Made by a program: the position numbers and the translations under genes. A stretch of DNA of 64,000 nucleotides from a virus. Location: UHGV virus genome UHGV-0125199; one strand, written 5' to 3'. Below are positions 20,580 to 28,846 of the stretch, piece after piece (within the stretch, counting starts at the first letter, position 1; each line of letters starts with the position of its first letter). Under the pieces are notes generated by a model. It did not search any database. It was not told where the DNA came from and saw nothing but the letters and a program-made list of their open reading frames with translations.

Positions 20580-20833
20580 TCTTTCAGAAAGTTTCTTACT
20601 CTATCACGCCCACTTTCGCAATATATACCTGTATAACATACCGGCTTATTCCAGAACGCCATCCATGCTCTTTTAAATCTTCCAATAATTCCTTTAAAAT
20701 CTCCACCGCAATATGAATCCTCAAAAGAGATTTCAAAATCAGTTGAATTTTCCGTTGTATATTTAGAAAACACAACTGCTTCTGCATTATCATCACATCT
20801 GATGGTGGCTGTTTTTACATTGTTTTTCTTCAT
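20552..20833 (-). CDS. hypothetical protein (first gene of NAD operon)
   Basis: ORF track; overlaps the pncA-like start. Confidence 0.4.
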   Translation of the reverse strand: MKKNNVKTATIRCDDNAEAVVFSKYTTENSTDFEISFEDSYCGGDFKGIIGRFKRAWMAFWNKPVCYTGIYCESGRDRVRNFLKECLELVEGE

Positions 20834-20873
20834 ATATTAGCTCTCTCTTTCTCCGTTTGAATTTCTGCTTTCA

Positions 20874-21056
20874 TTATTTAACTAAGCTATCAATATTTAC
20901 AGAAAATCCATCAAACTTTCCTGTTGATAAATATTTTTCTGTATCAAAAAACATTATTTTCTTTCCTGATATCCCCATAGAAACACCATTATCTATCAAT
21001 GATTTTCTCAATAATTCAAGAATAATTTCTATTTGTTCTTTCGCAGCTTCTGACAT
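20874..21056 (-). CDS. hypothetical small protein
   Basis: ORF track. Confidence 0.3.
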   Translation of the reverse strand: MSEAAKEQIEIILELLRKSLIDNGVSMGISGKKIMFFDTEKYLSTGKFDGFSVNIDSLVK

Positions 21057-21508
21057 TATTTATTCTCCTTCATTTTGTATGGTTCTGGAAGTGGCTGCCA
21101 TGCAAATATTACTCCGTCATAAATCCCATGTTCGTCATACCAAAGACCGTACTCGTCTTCCTTTTTAAACCTCATTCTCTTTACCGGATATTCTTCATCG
21201 TCACACGTTACAAGATATACACCTTCTTTCTTAGGCATATTTTGTTCTGTGTAAGGAATCCAGTCATTGTCTTTCTTTCCGTCCTCGTATCCTTTTTGAT
21301 ACCATTTTCTTCGGCTGCAATCTCCACAATTTGGAATATCATCCATGTGAGAACGTATGGTGTCAACTACATATTCCATTGCTCTTGCATATCCTTTTAC
21401 TTCATCAAATTGCAAAGGATTTCCTCTTACACATCTTCGCATTTCTTCATGCGCTAATTGTGATTCATTCTCCATCTCTTCCAAAATCTTTTCTAATACG
21501 TTCATCAC
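21056..21508 (-). CDS. DUF551-like phage protein
   Basis: C-terminal FAWQPLPEPY resembles the DUF551 signature (W-x-PLPEPP). Confidence 0.45.
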   Translation of the reverse strand: MMNVLEKILEEMENESQLAHEEMRRCVRGNPLQFDEVKGYARAMEYVVDTIRSHMDDIPNCGDCSRRKWYQKGYEDGKKDNDWIPYTEQNMPKKEGVYLVTCDDEEYPVKRMRFKKEDEYGLWYDEHGIYDGVIFAWQPLPEPYKMKENK

Positions 21509-21690
21509 TCCACCTCCAAATCACCTTTTATTAATCTGTTATACGTCCAATCAAGCAGCATCAATAAATCATCTTTCGTAGTTCTGTCGTGTGTTTCAAG
21601 TGCTAATTCTTCCTTTACAATTCGCAACTTTTCTTTGTCGCTACAATCGCAAAACTTTTGTCTGTTATACTTCAGCCTGTTATACTTCAT
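21505..21690 (-). CDS. hypothetical small protein
   Basis: ORF track, 4-nt overlap. Confidence 0.3.
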   Translation of the reverse strand: MKYNRLKYNRQKFCDCSDKEKLRIVKEELALETHDRTTKDDLLMLLDWTYNRLIKGDLEVE

Positions 21691-21905
21691 TACTCTTCTC
21701 CCAACAAGCGGACTCCCAAAATACTTTCCTGTGTCTCAACATATTCCTTCGCTTTTCTCAATACGTATTCTGGAATTTTTCTCTGCATTGCTCTCTTGCC
21801 ATTTAAAATATCACATACATCTAATATTGATCTTACACCTGCACGAAGAATATAATTGTAAGTCATAGTGTCCACTCCTAAATATTCCATTTTTAGATCC
21901 ATCAC
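21690..21905 (-). CDS. hypothetical small protein
   Basis: ORF track. Confidence 0.3.
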   Translation of the reverse strand: MMDLKMEYLGVDTMTYNYILRAGVRSILDVCDILNGKRAMQRKIPEYVLRKAKEYVETQESILGVRLLGEE

Positions 21906-22309
21906 TCCACCTCCAACAACTCTGAATTATCAAAAAAATTCCCACAAACTTCATAATTCCTTTGATTTACTGCACCTATTCCATATCTTGCACCGGATTT
22001 TGTTTCAAGCATCCATGCAGATTCTTCTAAATCAAATACAACACGATATTTTACAGTGACAATACCTTTGTGTTTTTCTACAACAATATCATCCTCCCAA
22101 ATCTTCTTACCATTCTTGTCGGTAAGTCCGGTGTACTGGCAGAGGGTGTCGGGGTCAATCAAGTCATTAAATATATTAGTTCCGTTACAAATCAGATGTT
22201 TTATCGGCTTACCATCTTCTGTTAGCGGATTGGTAATATATGCATATTGACCTTCCCCCCATTCACCATTATCTATTCTCTTCGCTTTAAAAAGGATTTC
22301 TCTACTCAT
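21902..22309 (-). CDS. YopX-family phage protein
   Basis: C-terminal YEVCGNFFDNSELLE matches the YopX signature (I/VGNI-x-N/D-PELL). Confidence 0.55.
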   Translation of the reverse strand: MSREILFKAKRIDNGEWGEGQYAYITNPLTEDGKPIKHLICNGTNIFNDLIDPDTLCQYTGLTDKNGKKIWEDDIVVEKHKGIVTVKYRVVFDLEESAWMLETKSGARYGIGAVNQRNYEVCGNFFDNSELLEVE

Positions 22310-22465
22310 TTTCCTTTCCTCCGTTCTGTCGCATCTGCTCTATGTAAATATTTGTGGCGCATCTTACAATCTCTGGTTTCATTCCATCGTAAACAGTTCC
22401 TTGTGTAAAATGTTTGTCACACGATCTTTTAATCATGTATAGGATATCTTCAAATGCCTGTTCTT

Positions 22466-22693
22466 TCATTCTTCCACTCTCCTATTCCACATTCCCCTAG
22501 CCGTAGCTTCTAAAGCACAATTTCGTGTTGCAACTCCGCATTCTTTGCAGTACACAAAAGCTGATATAACTTTTCCATCAAATCCGTAATTGATTTTCAG
22601 CATTGCTTCTCCACCACAAAATGGACATTTCTTCAATTCTTCCATGCTATTCACTCCAATCCAATCTCTGACCGCAATGATTGCAGCAATCAA
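22466..22693 (-). CDS. zinc-ribbon protein
   Basis: CPFCGG...CKECG. Confidence 0.35.
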   Translation of the reverse strand: MIAAIIAVRDWIGVNSMEELKKCPFCGGEAMLKINYGFDGKVISAFVYCKECGVATRNCALEATARGMWNRRVEE

Positions 22694-22940
22694 AATCCCA
22701 ATAACGAAGCATTTTTATATCTGCCATATTTCCAAACAGTTTTTTGCATCCAGGACACGATGCTTGTCCATTCCAGTTTTCTACTTTCTTCGGCAACTGC
22801 TTTTCCAGTGCTTCGATTGCGATATCTAATGATTCTCGCAACATATAATATCCGCTTGTAGGATAATTCGCTTTTATTACTTCTATCGCTTCTCTAACTT
22901 TCTTTTCGTCCACTTTCTGTACCCTTTCTAACCCTAACAA
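22647..22940 (-). CDS. zinc-ribbon protein
   Basis: CPGCKK...CCNHCGQ. Confidence 0.35.
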   Translation of the reverse strand: MLGLERVQKVDEKKVREAIEVIKANYPTSGYYMLRESLDIAIEALEKQLPKKVENWNGQASCPGCKKLFGNMADIKMLRYWDFDCCNHCGQRLDWSE

Positions 22941-23091
22941 CCTCTTTGTCTGTCTCTTTTACTACTCTTCCACTTGCACATTTCACGCATTTTATTCTCC
23001 AACCGCCATTGTGTCTTTCAAAGTGTCCAAATCCAGGTTCTATACATTGACCACAACAATAACAACGCCCTGCATATTTATTTCTTGCCAT
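22894..23091 (-). CDS. zinc-ribbon protein
   Basis: CYCCGQC...CVKC. Confidence 0.35.
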   Translation of the reverse strand: MARNKYAGRCYCCGQCIEPGFGHFERHNGGWRIKCVKCASGRVVKETDKEVVRVRKGTESGRKES

Positions 23092-23476
23092 CTTCCATCA
23101 CCAAAATCCCTTCATCAATCAAATTATTTACTGTTTTCAACAAGTCTTCCTGTACTTTTAAATCATTTTCGTGCTCGATATCTTCAGATCTAAAAAACTT
23201 GTTAAATTTATAAGTACTCATTCCTCCCAAACAATTACAATAAACACGAATTCTACTATTGTAATATGGCTTATCATATATACCTATCCAAAACTCGTTA
23301 TCAGTGCCGTACTGTATATCTTTATCAGTCCCAACCGTTCCACTAATACACCATGCATTGATAACATTATTTCTCCAAAATAAAGGTTCCTTAATTTGGG
23401 ACTCATCACCAACTTTGAGTTTTTTAATTTTCTTCATTGTTAAGTTGTATTTATTTTCTACTTTAGTTTTCCTCAT
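23078..23476 (-). CDS. hypothetical protein
   Basis: ORF track. Confidence 0.45.
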   Translation of the reverse strand: MRKTKVENKYNLTMKKIKKLKVGDESQIKEPLFWRNNVINAWCISGTVGTDKDIQYGTDNEFWIGIYDKPYYNSRIRVYCNCLGGMSTYKFNKFFRSEDIEHENDLKVQEDLLKTVNNLIDEGILVMEDGKK

Positions 23477-24024
23477 TGCTTTTCCCTATTCGTAGGTTTC
23501 CCACCTAACAAATTTCCTTCTTCGTCTCTGTCATATTTCCACATCAAATAATCACACCAATTATCATTGTTAAAATCACTCATGTTGTAAAACGGATCAG
23601 GATCATCTATAACATATTGCTTGTCAAATCCTTTAATTTTCACATTTACATCATCTACAATAACTCTTTTTGATAATCTACAAATCCATTTCATAAATTC
23701 CTGAAATGTATCTTCAAATTCTCTATCACGTAATGCACCATCAACAACAAGAATATATTCGTCTTGTGTATGTAACCAACCACGTTTATAACTTCTTCTT
23801 CCTCTTGAATCTCTTAAGTTATTTGTTCCCTCAAAAAATTCATCGCTACTGCTTGAGCTGTTATATCCTCTTTTTTGAATCACATATACTTCCATATCTC
23901 TTTCTGATCCGGTAACAACCGGAAGATGATCAAGTACTGTTTCGAGAATATATCTCTTTTCATGTTCTGTCCTACCTAGAGGAGAAACAACAATTGTCCC
24001 ATGTACATATGTCCAACTACTCAT
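23473..24024 (-). CDS. hypothetical protein
   Basis: ORF track. Confidence 0.5.
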   Translation of the reverse strand: MSSWTYVHGTIVVSPLGRTEHEKRYILETVLDHLPVVTGSERDMEVYVIQKRGYNSSSSSDEFFEGTNNLRDSRGRRSYKRGWLHTQDEYILVVDGALRDREFEDTFQEFMKWICRLSKRVIVDDVNVKIKGFDKQYVIDDPDPFYNMSDFNNDNWCDYLMWKYDRDEEGNLLGGKPTNREKQ

Positions 24025-24270
24025 TTTATTTACCTCTTTTGATATTAATCACATCGGTATTTACAATCTTATATCACATGCAGCTCACAAACATTTTCAA
24101 ATAGCGACAAATGAAATAGTTTGTTGAATCAACGTTTACAGTTTCTAAATATTCGATTTACTGTAGGTGATATTTGATTATAAACACCGATGAAAATCAT
24201 ATGCAGAACTTTATGTATCTTATTTTATTGGAGGTATGAAACATGTATAGAAATTTATTCCGCATATGAA

Positions 24271-24342
24271 TTGTAGATAAAGGATTTGAACCTTTTCTTA
24301 TGCGCCACACTACATCGTGCTACCATTTACACTAATCTACAA
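24271..24342 (-). tRNA. tRNA-like element / probable pseudo-tRNA (intact acceptor, D and T arms, but the anticodon stem cannot be paired)
   Basis: Minus-strand reading 5' TTGTAGAT TA GTGT AAATGGTA GCAC ... AAAGG TTCAAAT CCTTT ATCTACAA has the canonical GGTTCAAATCC T-arm and a 7-8 bp acceptor. The middle segment GATGTAGTGTGGCGCATAAG does not fold. Confidence 0.3.
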
Positions 24343-24465
24343 CTTTTAGGATATTATTATGAAAACTAGATCATTACTATTTAAGGAGAGCAATATTACT
24401 ATGAGAACCAAAAAAACAATAAAAAATATTATTTAAAATCCAATACAAAATAGTAATAACCTAAA

Positions 24466-24538
24466 TGGATCATTCGGGACTCGAACCCGAAACCGATCGG
24501 TTATGAGCCGATTGCGCTCACCATTGCGCCAATGATCC
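24466..24538 (-). tRNA. tRNA-Met (anticodon CAT; could also be tRNA-Ile2/initiator class, not distinguishable here)
   Basis: 73-nt cloverleaf folded by hand: acceptor GGATCAT/ATGATCC; D-stem GCGC/GCGC; anticodon stem ATCGG/CCGAT with loop CTCATAA; T-stem TCGGG/CCCGA with loop TTCGAGT. No CCA is encoded. Confidence 0.9.
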
Positions 24539-24570
24539 TTATTCTGTGCCGCTCGTAGCAGCACATTTTT

Positions 24571-24753
24571 TTAATTGAAACTTCTATAAAAATCTCCTGT
24601 TTTATCAATGCTTCTGCAAACCATAGATTCAATTTCTCGTTTCATTTCTTCGCCACATTCAGGACACATATGTCCATCTCCTGTATACTCTTTCATCGAC
24701 ATCGTGATAATTTTTTTGTGTCCACATTTTGGACATTGAAATGGATAATTCAT
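24571..24753 (-). CDS. zinc-ribbon protein
   Basis: CPKCGH...CPECGEE. Confidence 0.4.
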   Translation of the reverse strand: MNYPFQCPKCGHKKIITMSMKEYTGDGHMCPECGEEMKREIESMVCRSIDKTGDFYRSFN

Positions 24754-24772
24754 ATTATTTATTTCTCTCCTT

Positions 24773-25144
24773 TTAGCCTTCTAATTTTCTTAGTTCTGTC
24801 ATTAAATTCACTAACTCTCTATTGTTCTTATTAATTAAACGATTGATTTCTTTGATTCTATCAATACGTTCTTCTTCCTCTTTACGTTTTGAATATGCCT
24901 CCATATTAACAACGCCGACTACCTGAGCTGTAGGATTTTCGCCATATACACTCACAGGTAAAATTACTTTTACCTTTCCTAATACTCTCCTATCTTTGTT
25001 TCTTGCATTTACAACCACAAGTGTATTATTCAAATTTGCTGTTCTAAGTAATTCATATTCTTCCTTATATAATGCAAATCCATAATCTTTTTTGTTATGG
25101 TCTTCTAGTAAGTTCACAATTGCAACTAAATCACATACTGTCAT
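24773..25144 (-). CDS. hypothetical protein
   Basis: ORF track. Confidence 0.45.
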   Translation of the reverse strand: MTVCDLVAIVNLLEDHNKKDYGFALYKEEYELLRTANLNNTLVVVNARNKDRRVLGKVKVILPVSVYGENPTAQVVGVVNMEAYSKRKEEEERIDRIKEINRLINKNNRELVNLMTELRKLEG

Positions 25145-25193
25145 AGTTTTATTCTCCTTTTTAATCTAATAATTCTTTATCGATAATCTGTTT

Positions 25194-25555
25194 CCATCCT
25201 TATATTTGTATAAATTACATCTTCTTTTTCTATTTTTTATAATGCAGCTTTTCGCTCGCATTTCAATCATCATACTAATGTAAATTACATCCATTTCGTG
25301 ACGTATCTCTGATACAAAACATATAATTTCAATCCTCATACTTATGTAAACTACATCTTTATAAAAGTCTTTGGTGTTACTATTGTCTTTTATTTCAATC
25401 CTCATACTTATGTAAACTACATCGAGGTATTGAAATGGTTGACTTTGGTATCACATTATTTCAATCCTCATACTTATGTAAACTACATCCTCTCTTACAA
25501 AAATCTGCATTTTAAGCATTTCAATTTCAATCCTCATACTTATGTAAACTACATC
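25194..25555 (-). CRISPR. mini CRISPR-like array with 32-bp repeats and 34-bp spacers, periodic at 66 bp. Four identical repeats plus degenerate copies at the distal (low-coordinate) end. The crRNA-sense repeat GATGTAGTTTACATAAGTATGAGGATTGAAAT ends in a type I-B-like ATTGAAAT handle.
   Basis: Perfect repeats at 25326-25357, 25392-25423, 25458-25489 and 25524-25555. A 3-mismatch copy lies at 25260-25291 and a degenerate copy at about 25197-25221. The three internal spacers are unique. Confidence 0.75.
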
Positions 25556-25762
25556 ATCAAAAATACACAAATATGACATATCTATTTTATGTAACTTACA
25601 CAATTCTAAGGTTACAAAAGCGTTATCCGTTTTCGTATATGTAAATAAATGATTACTACTCACTGATTTCTTTTATCTACTTTAGTGCGAATAAACCGTA
25701 TAACTTATGTTCACTTCATATTCGCACATGGCGGCGTTGAACCTGCAACCATGTATATGTAT

Positions 25763-27167
25763 TTAAGCTATTTGCTTCTTATATTCTTTCTCTTTAGCCA
25801 TGTTCAAAATATTAATTGCAGCATTAATGTCTCTATCATGAATCGCTCCACATTCAGGACAAATCCAGCCTCTTATTTTTGTATCTTTTGTATTTACGTT
25901 CACAAAACCACATTTACTGCATGTTTGTGTTGATTTTTTATATTGTCCAATTGCAACAACCGGTACACCATATTCTTCACCTTTTCTTTTTAACAAAGTA
26001 AGAATTTCTCCCATCGCTGCATCAGATAAATTATCATTTCTCACTCTTGTTTTTCTTGACATACATATCTTTAACCGACAAAGTTTCTATTCCAATAAAG
26101 TCTGATCTTTTTATAACTTCTAACACCATATTCTCCATATGATATTTTCTTTGTCGTGTTACCTTTCTTTCTAATTTTGCTTTTTTAAATTTTGTTTCTA
26201 TGTATCTTTTAGAAGGCTTTAATTCAACATTTTCTTTTCTTAATTCACTTAATCTTTTCCTAAACTCAATATTGCTATACCCTTGTCTTCTGGATAATTG
26301 CCTATTTAACATCTCACGATGTTGACGAACACTTCCGTCTCTACCATTTTTGAATCTAGGATTATCATATTTTGTTCCGTCTGATAAAGTCATCAAAGTT
26401 GAAATTCCAACGTCAATTCCTATTTCTCTTTTCTCTTCTTCTACTTTCACAATCCTATAAATATCTTTCATACATAGCTGTAAAAAGTAATCGCCACAAT
26501 TATCTTTTTTTACAGTTGTTAATATTTGTTGTTTCTTATGTAAATTCACATATTCTTCAAAATTCATCATGCATGATGAATCAAACCAGACATTTTTTAG
26601 ATATCCTTTAATCCCCCTAATCTTTACCTTTCCGATTTTAGCTAAATTAAAATATGCTACATTTTTATTCTCCTCATTAAAGCTCATTTTTCTCAGAAAT
26701 TCTTGATATGTATAACTTGTTCTCGGATGTTTCTTTGAATAATATGGAGGTTTACTGTTCTCAATCGGTCTTTTAACTCCCTTTCCATTTGTTTTCTTAT
26801 TAGAATTTTCTCCACTCACTTGAGCATCCAATCGCTTCGACAAATCACACAAGAAAACTCCATTCTCACCAGACAAAGCACCCGCTGGAATCAATTTAAT
26901 GTCTTCTCTCCTACTTCTTAACACATCCAAATACTGTTTCTTTGCAATAGACTTTACATCCGGAAAATGAACAGTTTGTCCTGCATTCTTTTGGTCTGGT
27001 CTTTCAATTGTATTAACTTTATTTTCAAACATATCGTAAACAGCCATATTACACGCCTTATGTAAAGCCAAAATAATTCTATCTATTAATTCACTCTGCT
27101 CTTTATTCGGATACATTCTAAAATTGAAAGTATATACCGGTATTTTTATAACTTTTTCAACTAGCAT
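25763..27167 (-). pseudogene. tnpB: IS200/IS605-family TnpB (OrfB; RuvC-like nuclease with C-terminal zinc finger), split by a -1 frameshift in an A5 run at about 26051-26055
   Basis: N-terminal ORF has RuvC-I (IGIDVGISTLM) and RuvC-II (IGIETLSVKDM) blocks. The overlapping C-terminal ORF has LSDAAMGEI, CSKCGFV...[19 protein letters not shown]. Deleting one A of AAGAAAAACAAG restores a continuous TnpB. A structured GC-rich region 25650-25760 downstream resembles an omegaRNA/right end. Confidence 0.8.
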
Positions 27168-27274
27168 TTAACCAGACCTCCTTTTGCTACATTTCATACC
27201 ATATACTGTATTTTTATATCAACTAACGCACTATATAATGTGTCAAATTCCAAATGAAATCGAGATTTAATTAT

Positions 27275-28039
27275 TTAAGATTCGGTGATAAAAAACGGAC
27301 GAACACCATAATCGCCCCAAACGCAACCGCCGTAGCACACGTTACCACCACCGTAAACAACCTGAACACAGGAAGCATCTTTTCTTGATTTCGTCTGATT
27401 TGGAGTTGACAGCCAGTATGGATAATTGATTAGTGGAAGTTTTTCACCACATTTTCTGAATAAATCAAAAGTCGGAATAGACAATACATCATCTTTTACA
27501 ACACCATAATCATTAAATCCATCCATACTAAGCAAGTTATTTTCAACTGGAGTAATACTATTTCCATATTTACATTTAATGTCTTTTGCAAGCTTGCACT
27601 CTTTAAGATACTTTCTTACAGAAGATTCTGCGTAGTTATTATTGCTGCCAAAACTCATATTCGTAAGAACTCCATACATAAAATGATATATCTTTCCATA
27701 CATTCGAATGTTTGTCCAATAATATCCAAATTCCTCTTTAAAGTGCTTGTTCATAAAATCTTTAACGGATTCTCTAAATTCATCTTCATATCTCTCTGGA
27801 TCGTTACTATACCATTCTGGTACAATATCCTGATCGACTTTATAAGTCCACTTTGAAATATCGGAAGTGATAATATATTTCTCTGGCGGAATTAATTCTG
27901 CTCTCACAAATTTCTTAGAAGCATTAAATTCATTATCTTCTACATCCAATTTTTCAAGCAAACTTGAATGACTTTCATTTCCTAACGGAGCAAGTTCCAC
28001 CCTATTCTTAAAAATAATTCCACTTTTAAACTCACACAT
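27275..28039 (-). CDS. hypothetical protein
   Basis: ORF track. Confidence 0.5.
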   Translation of the reverse strand: MCEFKSGIIFKNRVELAPLGNESHSSLLEKLDVEDNEFNASKKFVRAELIPPEKYIITSDISKWTYKVDQDIVPEWYSNDPERYEDEFRESVKDFMNKHFKEEFGYYWTNIRMYGKIYHFMYGVLTNMSFGSNNNYAESSVRKYLKECKLAKDIKCKYGNSITPVENNLLSMDGFNDYGVVKDDVLSIPTFDLFRKCGEKLPLINYPYWLSTPNQTKSRKDASCVQVVYGGGNVCYGGCVWGDYGVRPFFITES

Positions 28040-28071
28040 AATTTATTTCTCCTATTTTTTACTTGTTCCAT

Positions 28072-28656
28072 CTAAACAATCTCGATCTGTTCTCCTGTTA
28101 GCTCTTCCAACTTCTTCCGCATTTCCTCCACGGTCATTTTCTTCGATTCGGCGCGTTCCCAAATGAGTTCGAGGTTGTCATCGTCTAATATGCTCTCTAA
28201 AATTGCTCTTCGGCAAATCTTAAATACCTTCATGATAGTCAATCTAGGATATTCGTTTTCCAAGTTTTCGTTGTATGCACTTAATTCATAATGAGAATCC
28301 TTCCCGACCAAACATTCATCAATTACTAATCTTCTATCTCCGTCTCTGTATTCCACTACCATCCCATCTCTCAAATCTGCCTTTTTAAATTCTTTCTGCA
28401 TGTAATCACCCCATTCCAGGATTTTATACCCTTTGATTTTGTAGTACTCATTGCGTGAGTACTCACCATATCCTGTATAGCATGGTTCACTGAGATGTTT
28501 TCCATATTCTGTACATTCTAAATAACTCTCTCCATTTCTCCACTTCATCCCGTGCTCATGCATTCTCTTGCAAAAGTCTTTCGCCTCTTTCTCGGTCTTG
28601 CAGTGCACCGCAATCTTATTGTCTGTATCCTTAAATTCGTCCCAGTTAAATCTCAT
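28072..28656 (-). CDS. hypothetical protein
   Basis: ORF track. Confidence 0.5.
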   Translation of the reverse strand: MRFNWDEFKDTDNKIAVHCKTEKEAKDFCKRMHEHGMKWRNGESYLECTEYGKHLSEPCYTGYGEYSRNEYYKIKGYKILEWGDYMQKEFKKADLRDGMVVEYRDGDRRLVIDECLVGKDSHYELSAYNENLENEYPRLTIMKVFKICRRAILESILDDDNLELIWERAESKKMTVEEMRKKLEELTGEQIEIV

Positions 28657-28846
28657 CTTTCTTACCTCATTCTTCCTCTTTTATATATTTTGCTACAAAC
28701 ATCAATGCTCCAACTCCTAGTACAAACCCGTAGAAAAATGCCTCTTCTCCAAGTTCATATAATCTGGCACCGGCTAAACAGGATGTAATCAACCCACCAA
28801 TTGACATTATGTTCCAAAAAGTTTTCTCCATATGTAATTCACCACC

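Noticed and set aside
24283-24300. Possibility that the tRNA-like element lies on the plus strand
   Set aside because: Only the minus-strand reading yields the canonical T-loop GGTTCAAATCC and a D-arm in the right place. The plus-strand reading puts a T-arm-like hairpin at the 5' side.
25166-25663. Minus-strand ORFs 25166..25405 and 25451..25663 (MRIEI..., VVYISMRIEI repeats)
   Set aside because: They are translations of the CRISPR-like repeats (the peptide repeats follow the 66-bp periodicity), not genes.
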